NCBI GenBank assembly: GCA_029259695.1
Contig: JAJDEQ010000102.1
Coordinates: 101,223-165,222, forward strand
Source of the DNA: Planctomycetota bacterium
GTDB lineage: Bacteria > Planctomycetota > B15-G4
DNA length: 64,000 nucleotides
Direction of reading: 5' to 3'
Shown here: in pieces, positions 27,135 to 37,675 of the stretch
Layout of the letters: every line of letters starts with the position of its first letter
How positions within the stretch are numbered: position 1 is the first letter of the stretch
Made by a program: the position numbers and the translations under genes
The notes under the pieces: model-generated
The model's database searches: none
What the model was told of the DNA's origin: nothing
What the model saw: only the letters and a program-made list of their open reading frames with translations

Positions 27135-28091
27135 GTGGGTGTGACCACGATGACTGAGTTGCTGGAGGCCGGCGTGCACTTCGGCTCGGCGACCTACGCC
27201 TGGAACCCGCGGATGAAGCCGTTCATCCACGGTCAGCGCAACAAGATCCACATCATCGATCTCACCCATACCGTGCGCGGTCTCGCGCAGGGGGGGCACT
27301 TCCTGGAGGAAGTCGCCGCCACTGGTCGACAGATCGTGTTCGTCTGCACCAAGCGTCAGATGCGGTCGACGGTCCAGCAGGAAGCGACCTCGGTCGAGAT
27401 GCCCTGGGTCACCGAGCGTTGGCTCGGCGGCACGCTCACGAACTTCAAGACGGTGCGTTCGCGCCTGGAGCGTCTCGAGGAACTCGAGGCACTCGAGGCC
27501 AGCGGCCAGATGGAGGGGATGAAGAAGAAGGCCGTCTCCACGCTCAACCGCGAGCGTCGTCGCATCAAGAAGAACCTCGACGGGCTGCGGCTGCTCAACC
27601 GCATCCCCGGCGCGCTGCTGGTGGTCGATCCCAAGCGCGAAGAGATCGCGGTGGCCGAAGCCCAGCGCATCGGCGTGCCGATCATCTCGATCCTCGACAC
27701 CGATTGTGATCCGAGCCGGGTCGACATCGTGATCCCCGGCAACGACGACTCGATGCGTTCGATCACCTTGTTGCTCAGCAAGCTCACCGAGTCCATCGGC
27801 CGCGGTGTGAAGCGCTTCAAGGAATCGGGCCGTGCTCCCGAGGACGCCCTCGGCGTGCGCAGCGTCGAAGGCAAGATCGAAGCCGTCAAGCAACCGGCGA
27901 CTCCCGTGCCCGCCGCTGCGGCCACTCCCGCCGCTGACGCTGCTGCGGCCACTCCCGCTGCCGACGCCGCTCCGACCGCCGCCGCCCCGGCGACCGCTGC
28001 CGGAACCACCCCCGCCCAACCCGCGGCGGGAGGCGCACCGGCGGCCGCTCCCGAAGCCACCCCTGCACCGCAGCCCGAGACTCCGGCATGA
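27135..28091 (+). CDS. rpsB: 30S ribosomal protein S2 with Ala/Pro/Thr-rich C-terminal tail
   Basis: GTG at 27135 gives MGVTTMTELLEAGVHFGSATYAWNPRMKPFIHG, colinear with E. coli [27 protein letters not shown] (ATG alternative at 27150). The C-terminus carries low-complexity AATPAADAA repeats. Followed by tsf. Confidence 0.85.
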   Translation: MGVTTMTELLEAGVHFGSATYAWNPRMKPFIHGQRNKIHIIDLTHTVRGLAQGGHFLEEVAATGRQIVFVCTKRQMRSTVQQEATSVEMPWVTERWLGGTLTNFKTVRSRLERLEELEALEASGQMEGMKKKAVSTLNRERRRIKKNLDGLRLLNRIPGALLVVDPKREEIAVAEAQRIGVPIISILDTDCDPSRVDIVIPGNDDSMRSITLLLSKLTESIGRGVKRFKESGRAPEDALGVRSVEGKIEAVKQPATPVPAAAATPAADAAAATPAADAAPTAAAPATAAGTTPAQPAAGGAPAAAPEATPAPQPETPA

Positions 28092-28687
28092 CCACGACCA
28101 TCTCCGCCACGCAAGTCCGCGAACTCCGGGATCGCTCCGGCGCGCCCATGATGGACTGCAAGAAAGCGCTCGCAGAAAACGGCGGCGACCTCGAGAAGTC
28201 CTTGGAGTGGCTGCGCAAGAAGGGCGTCCAGACGGCCGCCAAGAAGGCCGGCCGTGACGTGTCCGAGGGCCTCGTCTCGTCGTACATCCACCACAACGGC
28301 CGCGTCGGCGTGTTGCTGGAGGTGAACTGCGAGACCGACTTCGTCGCCAAGACCGAGCAGTTCCAGGGCTTCTGCCGGGACATCGCGCTGCACATCGCCT
28401 CGATGGCGCCGCGTCACCTCGACCGGGATGCCGTGCCGGAGGAGGAGATCGCCAAGGAGCGCGAGATCCTCTCGGCACAGATCGACACGAGCAAGCCGGC
28501 CGAGATCCAGCAGAAGATCGTCGAGGGTCGCCTGAACAAGTTCTACGCCGACCACTGCCTGCTCGAGCAGGCGTTCGTCAAGGACGACAGCAAGACGATC
28601 GAGCAGTTGCGCGCCGAGACGGTGGGCAAGGTCGGTGAGAACATCAAGATCCGCCGCTTCGCGCGCTTCGACGTCGGCGCGAGCTGA
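28088..28687 (+). CDS. tsf: translation elongation factor Ts (short form)
   Basis: ATG overlaps the rpsB stop (ATGA). N-terminal UBA-like motif VRELRDRSGAPMMDCKKALAENGGDLEKSLEWLRKKG. 199 aa. Confidence 0.9.
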   Translation: MTTTISATQVRELRDRSGAPMMDCKKALAENGGDLEKSLEWLRKKGVQTAAKKAGRDVSEGLVSSYIHHNGRVGVLLEVNCETDFVAKTEQFQGFCRDIALHIASMAPRHLDRDAVPEEEIAKEREILSAQIDTSKPAEIQQKIVEGRLNKFYADHCLLEQAFVKDDSKTIEQLRAETVGKVGENIKIRRFARFDVGAS

Positions 28688-28785
28688 CTGCGCTCGCGGG
28701 CGCGTGTGAGTGCGCGCCCGGGAGTTCATGCACCTCAACGGCCCTGCCGTCCCGGAAGGGACGCGCGCGTCGGGGGAACCAGCCT

Positions 28786-29151
28786 GTGGCCTATCGCAGT
28801 GTGCTTCTCAAGCTGAGCGGGGAAGCTCTCTCGGCTGACGGTGAGCGCGGGGTCTCGCGCGATGCCGTGGACGTCATCGCAGGCCAGATGGGGGCTGTGC
28901 TGGATTCCGGCTGTCGCGTGGCCGTGGTGGTGGGCGGTGGCAACATCGTCCGGGGCCGCGAGCTGAGTGAGACCATCTCGGTGCGCGCCACGGCCGACCA
29001 GATGGGCATGCTCGCCACGATGATCAACGGCCTCACGTTGATGGACGGGCTCGAACGCAACGGCGTGCAGACGCGGCTCATGTCGGCGGTGACCGCCATG
29101 CAGATCTGCGAGCCGTACATCCGGCGCCGGGCGTTGCGGCACCAGGACTAG
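28786..29151 (+). CDS. pyrH: UMP kinase, N-terminal fragment (gene interrupted by in-frame TAG at 29149-29151)
   Basis: VLLKLSGEAL..VAVVVGGGNIVRG..ADQMGMLATMINGLTLMDGLE..EPYIRRRALRHQD* aligns to PyrH residues 1-~120. The stop falls where the conserved ..RHLEKGRVVIF.. segment continues. Confidence 0.8.
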   Translation: MAYRSVLLKLSGEALSADGERGVSRDAVDVIAGQMGAVLDSGCRVAVVVGGGNIVRGRELSETISVRATADQMGMLATMINGLTLMDGLERNGVQTRLMSAVTAMQICEPYIRRRALRHQD

Positions 29152-29160
29152 GGCCGCGTC

Positions 29161-29493
29161 GTGATCCTCGCGGGCGGCACCGGGAACCCGTTCTTCACCA
29201 CCGACACGACCGCCGCCCTGCGCGCCAACGAACTCGAGTGCGACGTGATGCTCAAGGCCACCCGTGTCGACGGCGTATACGACAGCGACCCGGAGCAGAA
29301 TCCGGACGCGCAGCGCTTCGACCGGCTCACCTACCGCGACGTCCTCGCCCGCGATCTCAAGGTGATGGACCTGACCGCGATCACCATGTGCATGGACAAC
29401 CGCATGCCGATCCGCGTCTTCGACGTGATGACCCGCGGCAATCTGGAGCGGGTCGTGCGTGGCGAAGAGATCGGCACGCTGGTCGAGGCCTGA
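29161..29493 (+). CDS. pyrH: UMP kinase, C-terminal fragment (same frame as the N-terminal fragment; GTG at 29161, 9 nt after the TAG)
   Basis: (V)[68 protein letters not shown] is the conserved PyrH C-terminal half. Read through the TAG, 28786-29493 encodes a normal ~235 aa PyrH. Confidence 0.75.
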   Translation: MILAGGTGNPFFTTDTTAALRANELECDVMLKATRVDGVYDSDPEQNPDAQRFDRLTYRDVLARDLKVMDLTAITMCMDNRMPIRVFDVMTRGNLERVVRGEEIGTLVEA

Positions 29494-29671
29494 GGCCCTC
29501 TCGGCGCGACGTCCACTCGTCGCAGCCGGCAGGCCGTGTCGCGCGGGCCCGCGCTTGTCTTGCCCCGTGGCCTGAGCGTAAGGTCTCGACGACGGCCGTC
29601 GGGCACGCCGGCCGCCTCACGAATCCGCACCAAGGGCCGTGCTGACGGCCCCTTTGCCACGGGGAGTCGCC

Positions 29672-30232
29672 ATGGGTCAGGACGAGATCATCCTCGAGAC
29701 GTCCGACAAGATGAAGAAGGGCGTGGAGTTCTTCGCCGAGAGCCTGCGCGGGCTGCGCACGGGGCGTACCACGCCGGCGCTGGTGGAGAACATCCGCGTC
29801 GATGCCTACGGCAGCCCCATGCCGCTCAACCAGTTGGCGACGATCAGTTCGCCCGACGCCCGCTCGCTGGCGGTCAAACCGTTCGATCCGTCCATGTGCG
29901 GCGCGATCGAGAAGGCGATCCTCAAGAGCGACATCGGCATCACGCCCGAGTCGGACGGCAAGGTCGTGCGACTCAACGTGCCGATGATGAGCCAGGAGCA
30001 GCGCGACAAGATGACGCACCGGGTGAAGGAGCTCGCCGAAGAGGCGCGCGTCACGGTGCGCAACATCCGGCGCGACGCCAACAAGTCGGTGGAGGCCGCG
30101 CGCAAAGCGGGCGACCTCAGCGAGGACCTCGAGCGCGACACCAAGGATGAGGTCCAGAAGCTCACCAAGGATTCCGAAGCCGAGATCGACAAGGTCTCCG
30201 AGGCGCGCATCAAGGAGATCCAGGAAGTCTGA
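29672..30232 (+). CDS. frr: ribosome recycling factor
   Basis: ATG at 29672 preceded by GGGGAG Shine-Dalgarno. 186 aa with RRF motifs (..LRTGRTTPALVENIRVDAYGSPMPLNQLA..). Completes the rpsB-tsf-pyrH-frr cluster. Confidence 0.9.
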   Translation: MGQDEIILETSDKMKKGVEFFAESLRGLRTGRTTPALVENIRVDAYGSPMPLNQLATISSPDARSLAVKPFDPSMCGAIEKAILKSDIGITPESDGKVVRLNVPMMSQEQRDKMTHRVKELAEEARVTVRNIRRDANKSVEAARKAGDLSEDLERDTKDEVQKLTKDSEAEIDKVSEARIKEIQEV

Positions 30233-30299
30233 GCGCTTCCGGATCCGCAGGACACACCGAGCGAACACCCGTGCGCGCGGCGCGCACGGCGGCGCCGTC

Positions 30300-30375
30300 G
30301 GGGGTGTAACTCAGTCGGTAGAGTAACGGCCTTTTAAGCCGTGAGCCGTGGGTTCGAGTCCCACCGCCCCCACCA
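30300..30375 (+). tRNA. tRNA-Lys (anticodon TTT)
   Basis: Cloverleaf folded by hand: acceptor GGGGGTG/CGCCCCC, D-arm ACTC-AGTCGGTA-GAGT, anticodon stem ACGGC/GCCGT with loop CTTTTAA (anticodon UUU), T-arm GTGGG-TTCGAGT-CCCAC, discriminator A, encoded CCA. 76 nt. Confidence 0.9.
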
Positions 30376-30552
30376 CCTTCTGCCGTGCGCGCGTGCTGCT
30401 GTCTTCGAACAGGCCGTCGCTGCTCGGGCGACGATGTCGTGCTGCGCGAGTGAAGTTGCAGGACCGATCTCGAGGTGCATGTCCTTGCGGAGGACCGCCT
30501 GGCGCGGTGCCCGTGGATGGTAGGATCCGTGGTCCATGTCGGGTGTCCTTCG

Positions 30553-31053
30553 ATGAGTCCTTCCCGATCCGCCTCCGCTCGTCGGTCTCGCGAGCTCCGT
30601 ACGATTGGATGGAGAGAGTGGGTCGCCCTGCCGGACCTGGGGGTCGGCGCGATCAAGGCGAAGGTCGACACGGGGGCTCGAACATCCGCCCTGCACGCGT
30701 ACGACATCACCGTGTTCCGACGCCGAGGTCGGGACTGGGTGCGTTTCAAGGTCTATCCGGTGCAACGCTCTGCGGCGAAGTCGATCGAAGCGGAGGCTCC
30801 GCTGGTCGACCGCCGGTCCGTGCGCAGCTCGAGCGGAGAAGCGCAGAGGCGGCTCGTGATCGAGACGACGGTCGAGGTCATGGGCGAGCGATTGAAGACT
30901 GAAGTCACACTCACGCGGCGCGACGCCATGGGCTTCCGGATGCTCCTGGGCCGTCTTGCTCTCCGAGACCACTTTCTCGTCGACGGTGGTCGCTCTTTCT
31001 ACGGTGGGCTCCCCAAGAAACGATCGAAGAAGAAGAAGGCACGACGCTCATGA
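30553..31053 (+). CDS. RimB-like retropepsin-type protease (ATP-dependent zinc protease/DUF785 family) associated with rimK
   Basis: [42 protein letters not shown] matches the conserved core of the small protease family encoded next to rimK. 3' end overlaps the rimK start (ATGA). Start at ATG 30553 chosen; an upstream alternative exists at 30517. Confidence 0.7.
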   Translation: MSPSRSASARRSRELRTIGWREWVALPDLGVGAIKAKVDTGARTSALHAYDITVFRRRGRDWVRFKVYPVQRSAAKSIEAEAPLVDRRSVRSSSGEAQRRLVIETTVEVMGERLKTEVTLTRRDAMGFRMLLGRLALRDHFLVDGGRSFYGGLPKKRSKKKKARRS

Positions 31054-31955
31054 AGATCGCCATCCTGTCCCGCAAGGCATCGCTCTACTCCACCTCACGC
31101 CTCAAGGACGCAGCCGAAGCGCGCGGGCACACGGTCCAGATCGTGGACTACCTGCGTTGCTACATGGACATCGCTTCGCACCGACCCCGGATCATCTACC
31201 AGGGCGAGGACCTGGGCGATGTCGATGTGGTCATCCCGCGCATCGGCGCATCGCACACGTTCTACGGCACCGCCGTGGTGCGGCAGTTCGAGATGATGGG
31301 CGTCTACGCCGTGAACGAGTCCCAGGCGATCGCCCGTTCGCGCGACAAGCTGCGCTGCCTGCAGTTGCTGGCGCGGGGCGGGATCGGCCTGCCCGTGACC
31401 GGGTTTGCGCACTCCACCAAGGACGTCCAGGGAGTGATCCAGCTCGTCGGCGGCGCCCCGTTGGTGGTCAAGCTGCTCGAGGGCACCCAGGGCATCGGAG
31501 TCGTTCTGTGCGAGACGGGTCAGGCGGCTGAGTCGGTCATCGAGGCCTTCCGCGGTCTCGATGCGAACATCCTCGTGCAGGAGTTCATCAAGGAGGCCAA
31601 GGGCGCCGACGTGCGCGCCTTCGTCGTGGGCGACAAGGTCGTGGCGGCGATGAAGCGACAGGCAGCCGAAGGTGAGTTCCGCTCCAACCTGCACCGCGGA
31701 GGGAGTGCGAGCTCCATCAAGCTCACCCCGGAAGAGCGCAGCACGGCACGGCGGGCCGCGAAGGCCATGGGGTTGCGCGTCGCCGGCGTCGATCTGCTGC
31801 GCTCGAACCACGGGGCCGTGGTCATGGAGGTGAACTCGTCGCCCGGGCTGGAAGGTATCGAGACGTCGACCGGTGTGGACGTTGCCAACACCATCGTGGA
31901 GTTCATCGAGAAGAACGCCTCGCCCGGCAAGACCCGTGACCGCATCCAAGGCTAG
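31050..31955 (+). CDS. rimK: RimK-family ATP-grasp alpha-L-glutamate ligase
   Basis: [84 protein letters not shown] is the canonical RimK ATP-grasp sequence. 301 aa. Confidence 0.85.
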   Translation: MKIAILSRKASLYSTSRLKDAAEARGHTVQIVDYLRCYMDIASHRPRIIYQGEDLGDVDVVIPRIGASHTFYGTAVVRQFEMMGVYAVNESQAIARSRDKLRCLQLLARGGIGLPVTGFAHSTKDVQGVIQLVGGAPLVVKLLEGTQGIGVVLCETGQAAESVIEAFRGLDANILVQEFIKEAKGADVRAFVVGDKVVAAMKRQAAEGEFRSNLHRGGSASSIKLTPEERSTARRAAKAMGLRVAGVDLLRSNHGAVVMEVNSSPGLEGIETSTGVDVANTIVEFIEKNASPGKTRDRIQG

Positions 31956-31980
31956 GGGCCGCAAGCAGGCGTCGCCCTTC

Positions 31981-32922
31981 GTGATCGGAGGGGAGTCGGT
32001 GGCTCCCGGTGAGACGCGCAGGCTCGACCTCGCCGTCGCGCGGCTCCCGACCAGGACGCGCATGGACCTGCCGCTGATCGTGATGCACGGCGCTCGTCCC
32101 GGGCCGTGCCTGTGGGTCAGCGCTGCGATCCACGGGGACGAACTCAACGGCGTCGAGATCATCCGCGAGTTGCTCGACGAGGTGGACCCGAAGTCGATGC
32201 AGGGCACACTGCTCGCCGTCCCGATCCTCAACGTCTTCGGCTTCATCCACCAGTCGCGCTATCTGCCGGATCGCCGCGACCTGAACCGCTCCTTCCCCGG
32301 CTCGAAGAACGGCTCGCTGGCGGCGCGGCTGGCGCACCTGTTCATGACCGAGGTCGTCTCCCGTTGCCAGTACGGCATCGACCTCCACACGGGCTCGAAC
32401 CAGCGCGAGAACCTGCCACAGATACGCACCGATTCGCGGGTGCCGATGGCCGAGGAACTGGCCCTGGCCTTCGGCGCCCCGCTGATCATGGAGTCGCCGC
32501 TGCGCCAGGGCTCCCTGCGCGCCGCCGCCGGGAAGCGGGGTATCCCGGTCCTGGTGTACGAGGCGGGTGAGGCGAATCGCTTCGACAGGGGCGCCATCAC
32601 GACCGGCGTACGCGGAGTCCTGCGCGTGATGCGTCGCCTCGACATGTGGCACGGCAAGAGCCACCGCGGCAAGTCGGCTCCGAGCCTGCGCGTGGAGTCG
32701 AGTTCGTGGGTCCGGGCCCGTCATGCGGGCCTGCTGCGTCTGAGCGTCGAGGCGGGTGATCGCGTCGAGGAGGACGGCTTGATCGGGTCGATCGCCGACC
32801 CGTTCGGCGAGGAACAGTTCCCCGTGCTCGCGCCTTTCGCCGGCATGGTCGTGGGCCTGGCGCGCAGCCCCGTCGTGTATCGGGGCGACGCCCTGGTGAA
32901 CCTGGGTCGGTTGGTGGGCTGA
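31981..32922 (+). CDS. succinylglutamate desuccinylase/aspartoacylase (AstE/AspA) family zinc hydrolase, rimK-associated
   Basis: GTG at 31981 (first start after the rimK stop). IGGESVAPGE..LPLIVMHGARPGPCLWVSAAIHGDELNGVEIIREL contains the HxxE zinc-binding motif of the AstE/AspA family. This family is commonly encoded next to rimK. Confidence 0.7.
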   Translation: MIGGESVAPGETRRLDLAVARLPTRTRMDLPLIVMHGARPGPCLWVSAAIHGDELNGVEIIRELLDEVDPKSMQGTLLAVPILNVFGFIHQSRYLPDRRDLNRSFPGSKNGSLAARLAHLFMTEVVSRCQYGIDLHTGSNQRENLPQIRTDSRVPMAEELALAFGAPLIMESPLRQGSLRAAAGKRGIPVLVYEAGEANRFDRGAITTGVRGVLRVMRRLDMWHGKSHRGKSAPSLRVESSSWVRARHAGLLRLSVEAGDRVEEDGLIGSIADPFGEEQFPVLAPFAGMVVGLARSPVVYRGDALVNLGRLVG

Positions 32923-33221
32923 AGCCCTTCGCTTCCTCTGCCGTGCGTGCAGGGCCATGTCGCTTACACCTCGCCACTCCGAGGGGGCAGAAGCTACGCT
33001 CGGCGAGCGCACTCCGGCGATCACCTTGCGGGAGGGCGAACATGCATGGCGTCGGAGCCGGGTTGTCGGCGCTCTCGCCGGGGCAGTGGAGGAGCCAGAA
33101 GACGATGGTCGAGCGTGAAGTGACGGCCGCGCCCAAGCCTCGTCACGAGCGTTGGTCGACCCCGGGGAGTTCGCCCGGCGTCTTCATCACCGACCCGAAC
33201 GCCACATCATCGGTCGGCCTG

Positions 33222-36200
33222 ATGCGATTCGCCCGGATCCTGGAGCCGAGGTTGCACCTGCACTTCGTCGCCGTCTTCGTCCTGTTCAGCGTTGCCGGTG
33301 GTCTGTTCGCCCAGGACGCGCCCACCGAACTGCCCGAGCTCACCGAGCAGAGTGCGCTGGACCGCATCGCGGCGCTCACCGCCGCGACGGACCTGGACGC
33401 TGCGCTCCAGAACCAGCTCGTGGAGACCTGGCGCAAGACCCTGGCGGAGGTGCGCACTCGAGAGGCCCACCGAAGAGTGGCGGCCGACTTCGTCGCGGCT
33501 CGCGACGAGGCGCCCAGCCGGCTCGAGGAGACCCGCGCCCAACTGGCGCTGCCTCCTGCGCAACTCGATCCGTTCCGCATGGAGGGGCCCGCGGAGGAAC
33601 TCGAGGCAGCCGCCGCGCGAGCCGAGAGCGCCCTCGAAGAGGCCCTGAAGGCGGTGGCCGACCTGCAGGCCGAGCGCAACCGGCGCGCGACGCGACGCAC
33701 CGACATCCCCAAGTTGATCGCCTCCGCACGCGAGCGGATCGCGGCCCTGCCCGCGCCGGGCGAGCCGGCGGTGAGGAGCGACCTCGAGGGTGCGCAGCGC
33801 ACGTTCCAGGAGGCGGCCCGGGCAGCCATCGAGGCCGAGATCGTCGCGCTCGAGCGGGAACGTGAGAGCTACGACGCCCGGGCCGAACTGCTTGCTGCGC
33901 GCGAGGACCTCGCGTCGCGGCGGCTGGTCGAGGTCGAGGGCGCGGTCCAGGCCCATCGCCAGGCCACGGCCACTCGTCGTCGCGAAGCGCGTGAGCTGTC
34001 CGAACGGCAGGCGGAGAGCGCCCGGCGCACGGCACAGGACGCTCACCCCACGGTGCGGGCCCTGGTCGATGCCAACACGCAGTTGATCAAGGAGAGCAAC
34101 ACCCGGGCCGCCGCGGCGGAGCGCGATGCGGCCCGCCTCGCCGAGTTGCAGCGCAGTCTTCAAGGCCTTGCCGAACGCAAGAGTCGCGTCCTGGCCAAGG
34201 TCGAACGGGTCGGCTTCACGAATGCCATCGCGGCGCTGTTGCGCCGAGAGCGAGCCTTGCTGCCGGAGGCGAGTCTTGCTCGTCAGGAACTCGTCGCGCG
34301 CCAGGAGCGGTTGACCGAGATCGAGGGCGCGCTGCTCGGGCTGGAGGACGAACGGGCGGAGTTCGCGAACCTCGAACACTACGTCGACCTCCAGGTCCAG
34401 GCTGCGGCCGAGGTCCCGTCGGCGGACGCCCTGCCCGCCCTGCGCGAGGCGCTCCTGGAGCAAACGGCCCGGCGCCGCGCGTTGCTCGACGAGGCGATCA
34501 GTGTGACCGGCGCCTACTTCGATCAGCTCGTGGACCTGGACTCCGCGCAGCGGCAGTTGCGAACGACGGCGGAGGAGTACGCGCTCTACATCGACGAGCG
34601 CATCCTCTGGGTGCGGAGCACGCATCGGGTGGCGCCGAGCGACCTGACCGACGCAGCCCAGGCTCTGGCCCAGTTGTTGCTGCCCGCCACGTGGAAGGAC
34701 ATCGCGCCCGCCTTCGCACTGCGCGCGGAGGCCGCACCAGGGGAAGCGCTCGGAGCTGCCGTCCTGGTGCTGGCGCTCGTGCTGGTCCGACCCTGGGCCC
34801 GACGTCGCATCCGCAAGCTGGGCGAGCTGGTCAAGTCGACCCCCGATGCGGACCTTGCGCAGACCTTGACGGCGGCGCTGCTCACGCTCGTGATCGCCGC
34901 ACTCTGGCCCGTGGCGCTGGCGCTCGCCGGGCGGTTCCTGGGGCCGAGCGCCTTCGAAGTGCCGGCGGCGTTCGCGCAGTCCCTCTCGAAGCTGGGCCTC
35001 GTGTTGGCGCCGATCTCGTTGCTGCTCGCGATGTGTCAACCACTGGGACTGGCCGAGGCGCACTTCCGGTGGCCGGTGGCGTCGACCCGGGTGGCGCGGC
35101 GCAACGTCACGCTGTTCGCACTGATCGCCGTCCCCTGCCTGCTCGTGTCCCTGCTCCTCGACGCGCTGGACTGGGAGCAGTCCGGAGCCTCGCTGGGGCG
35201 GTTCTCACTGGTCGTCGCGTACACGGCCCTGGCGGTGCTCGTGGCTCGTGTCCTGCGTCCCAAGGGGGCGATCATGCTCGGTGTGACGCGCAGCCACCCG
35301 GGAGGATGGCTCTCGCGGTTGGCCGGGGTGTGGTTCCTGGTGGCGTTCTTGATGCCGGTGGTGTTGATCGTCGCGGCACTGCTCGGCTACCAGTACGCGG
35401 CCGCCCGGCTCGGGCTGGAACTGCTCAGTTCGTGGACACTCGTCCTGTGTCTCCTCTTGGGGCACGGCCTCGCGCGGCGTTGGCTGGCACTCGAGCGGCG
35501 GCAGGCGCTGCTCGCCCTCGCGGCCCAGCAGGCGGGCGCGGTCGGGACGACGGACGAGGAAGGGCAGGTGCCGGGCGCAACGGTTTCGGACGGGGATCCG
35601 CTCGCCGCCGCGACGGCCGTCGGGACCGAACTCGACCTGGACTCGATCGACCTGCAGGCGCGCAACTTGCTCAAGGCCGTCGTCGCTTTCTCGCTCGTCG
35701 TCGGCGTGTGGCTGATCTGGGCCGACACCTTGCCGGCCTTCGGCGCCCTGCGCCGGGTGCCGCTCTGGACCACGATGGTCGAGGTCGCGCCGGTCGCCAC
35801 CGCCACACCTGCTCTCCTCACGGCCCCTGCATTGCAGGCGGTGGACGTCTCCCTCGCCGACCTGCTGCTGTCCATCGCCGTGCTCGTCCTGACCTTCTCC
35901 ACCGCGAGGAACCTGCCGGGGTTGCTGGATGTGGTCGTGTTCCGGCGTTTGCCCTTCGGTTCCTCGACGGCTTACGCGCTCTCGACCTGCGCTCGCTACC
36001 TCGTCTCGACCATCGGGCTGATCCTCGCGTTCCAGGCCGTGAGCATCGGGTGGAGCAAGGTGCAGTGGCTCGTTGCGGCCATGAGCCTGGGCCTGGGCTT
36101 CGGGCTGCAGGAGATCTTCGGCAACTTCGTGAGCGGCATCATCCTGTTGTTCGAGCAACGGATCCGCGTCGACGACATCGTCACCGTAGGAGAAGTCAGC

Positions 36201-36677
36201 GGCAAGGTGATGCGCATCCGCGTCCTGGCCACCACGGTGCGCGACTGGGATCGAAAGGAGTTCGTCGTTCCCAACAAGGAGCTGATCACCGGCAAACTGC
36301 TCAACTGGACGCTGAGCGACCAGCTCAACCGGATCGTGATCAAGATCGGCGTGGCCTATGGCTCGGACACGATCCGCGCCCGTGACCTGCTGCTGCGCGT
36401 GGCGCGAGCCCATCCGCTGATCCTCGACGAACCCGAGCCCGTCGCCACGTTCGACACCTTCGGCGAGAGCAGCCTGAACCTGATCTTGCGCTGCTTCCTC
36501 CCGGATCTCGACAACCGCCTGCGGGCGATCACCGAACTGAACGAAGCGATCGATCGGACCTTCCGGGATGCGGGCATCGAGATCGCCTTCCCGCAGCGGG
36601 ACCTCCACCTGCGCACGGCGGACGCACCGATCCAGGTGAGTTCGCCCGAGCCGCAGGCTCCCGACTTGGAAGGGTAG
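33222..36677 (+). CDS. MscK/KefA-like large mechanosensitive channel (periplasmic coiled-coil domain + multi-TM + MscS domain)
   Basis: Start at [33 protein letters not shown] signal peptide. ~400 aa Ala/Glu/Arg-rich coiled-coil, ~10 TM helices, then the MscS pore/beta-domain ([58 protein letters not shown]). 1151 aa. Confidence 0.8.
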   Translation: MRFARILEPRLHLHFVAVFVLFSVAGGLFAQDAPTELPELTEQSALDRIAALTAATDLDAALQNQLVETWRKTLAEVRTREAHRRVAADFVAARDEAPSRLEETRAQLALPPAQLDPFRMEGPAEELEAAAARAESALEEALKAVADLQAERNRRATRRTDIPKLIASARERIAALPAPGEPAVRSDLEGAQRTFQEAARAAIEAEIVALERERESYDARAELLAAREDLASRRLVEVEGAVQAHRQATATRRREARELSERQAESARRTAQDAHPTVRALVDANTQLIKESNTRAAAAERDAARLAELQRSLQGLAERKSRVLAKVERVGFTNAIAALLRRERALLPEASLARQELVARQERLTEIEGALLGLEDERAEFANLEHYVDLQVQAAAEVPSADALPALREALLEQTARRRALLDEAISVTGAYFDQLVDLDSAQRQLRTTAEEYALYIDERILWVRSTHRVAPSDLTDAAQALAQLLLPATWKDIAPAFALRAEAAPGEALGAAVLVLALVLVRPWARRRIRKLGELVKSTPDADLAQTLTAALLTLVIAALWPVALALAGRFLGPSAFEVPAAFAQSLSKLGLVLAPISLLLAMCQPLGLAEAHFRWPVASTRVARRNVTLFALIAVPCLLVSLLLDALDWEQSGASLGRFSLVVAYTALAVLVARVLRPKGAIMLGVTRSHPGGWLSRLAGVWFLVAFLMPVVLIVAALLGYQYAAARLGLELLSSWTLVLCLLLGHGLARRWLALERRQALLALAAQQAGAVGTTDEEGQVPGATVSDGDPLAAATAVGTELDLDSIDLQARNLLKAVVAFSLVVGVWLIWADTLPAFGALRRVPLWTTMVEVAPVATATPALLTAPALQAVDVSLADLLLSIAVLVLTFSTARNLPGLLDVVVFRRLPFGSSTAYALSTCARYLVSTIGLILAFQAVSIGWSKVQWLVAAMSLGLGFGLQEIFGNFVSGIILLFEQRIRVDDIVTVGEVSGKVMRIRVLATTVRDWDRKEFVVPNKELITGKLLNWTLSDQLNRIVIKIGVAYGSDTIRARDLLLRVARAHPLILDEPEPVATFDTFGESSLNLILRCFLPDLDNRLRAITELNEAIDRTFRDAGIEIAFPQRDLHLRTADAPIQVSSPEPQAPDLEG

Positions 36678-36703
36678 CTCGCATCGACTTCACCCAGGTA
36701 CTC

Positions 36704-37675
36704 GTGCTCTTGGGCGCGCTCGTGTTGCTCGTCGTCGGTGGCGATGCGCTGATCCGCGGGGCGTCGGCGCTGGCTGCGAAGTACGGCCTCTCCCCGACGA
36801 CGGTGGGTCTGACCGTCGTGGCCTTCGGCACGAGCGCACCGGAACTCGTCGTTTCCATCCTGGCGGCTCGAGACGGGAGTGCCGGGATCGCGTTCGGCAA
36901 CGTCGTGGGCTCGAACACCGCCAACATCGGGTTGCTGTTGGGCGTGACGGCGCTCGTCACCCCACTCAGCGTCCACAGCTCGCTGGTCACACGCGAGATC
37001 CCGATGATGATCATGGCGGGCTTCGCTGCGCTGATCCTGAGCATCGACACGTCGCTCCAGGGGGCGGCCTCCAACGCGCTGCAGCGGGGGGACGGTCTGA
37101 TCCTGCTGCTGCTGTTCGGCATCTTCATCTACTACACAGTGGCCGATGTCCTGCGCGGGCGCGGAACCGACCCCATGCTCGTCGAGACGGGAGAGATCCC
37201 CCAGGTGAGCGGGGCACCGACTTCAGGCACCGTGTCGGCGCTGCTGATCGTGGGCGGGCTGACGGGGTTGGCGCTCGGTGGGCACTTCACCGTGACGGCG
37301 AGCATCGTCCTGGCGACCAGTCTCGGCATTCCGGACGTGGTCATCGGCGCTACCATCGTGGCCGTGGGCACCAGTCTCCCGGAGCTGGCCACGTCGCTGC
37401 TCGCGGCACGCAAGGGCCAGGGTGATCTCGCCGTCGGCAACGTGGTCGGTTCGAACATCTTCAATCTGCTGTTCGTGCTCGGCGCGACGGCCGGCATCTC
37501 GCCGGTGGTCGTGCCCGAGGGCGGACTGGTGGACCTCGCCCTGATGGTGCTGCTCAGCGTGCTGCTCTTGCCGCTCGCGCTCACGGATGGACGCCGCATC
37601 ACGCGGGGCGAGGGCTCCGTGCTGCTGCTGGCGTACGCTGGCTTCGTGGCCTGGGTGGTGCAGCGCTCGGGTTGA
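36704..37675 (+). CDS. sodium/calcium exchanger (CaCA/YrbG family) membrane protein
   Basis: Two internally repeated alpha-repeat motifs: [17 protein letters not shown] (repeat 1) and [17 protein letters not shown] (repeat 2). ~10 TM helices. GTG start. Confidence 0.8.
   Translation: MLLGALVLLVVGGDALIRGASALAAKYGLSPTTVGLTVVAFGTSAPELVVSILAARDGSAGIAFGNVVGSNTANIGLLLGVTALVTPLSVHSSLVTREIPMMIMAGFAALILSIDTSLQGAASNALQRGDGLILLLLFGIFIYYTVADVLRGRGTDPMLVETGEIPQVSGAPTSGTVSALLIVGGLTGLALGGHFTVTASIVLATSLGIPDVVIGATIVAVGTSLPELATSLLAARKGQGDLAVGNVVGSNIFNLLFVLGATAGISPVVVPEGGLVDLALMVLLSVLLLPLALTDGRRITRGEGSVLLLAYAGFVAWVVQRSG

Noticed and set aside
26943-27149. N-terminal 69-codon extension of the rpsB ORF and N-terminal extension (26819-27007) of the GGDEF ORF
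   Set aside because: Both extensions are Arg/Gly/Pro low-complexity and would overlap each other's divergent promoter region. Conserved N-termini of S2 (M-x-V-S/T-M-x-E-L-L-E-A-G-V-H-F-G) and of the receiver-like domain define later starts.
10116-28738. Other long antisense or out-of-frame ORFs across the core region (e.g. 10116-12044 -, 15364-18042 -, 17888-19519 -, 18864-20411 -, 20323-21663 -, 21557-22627 -, 22140-23972 -, 24270-25817 -, 27015-28478 -, 27356-28738 -)
   Set aside because: Each overlaps a gene with strong family signatures on the other strand (prs, bamA, lpxD, lpxC/fabZ, lpxA, ileS, rpsB, tsf). Their translations are low-complexity with no recognisable motifs.
30376-30552. 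Regions flanking tRNA-Lys and tRNA-Glu inspected for integrase genes or duplicated tRNA 3' ends marking an integrated element
   Set aside because: No integrase, recombinase, transposase or att-like direct repeat of the tRNA 3' ends is present within the window, and GC content is uniform.
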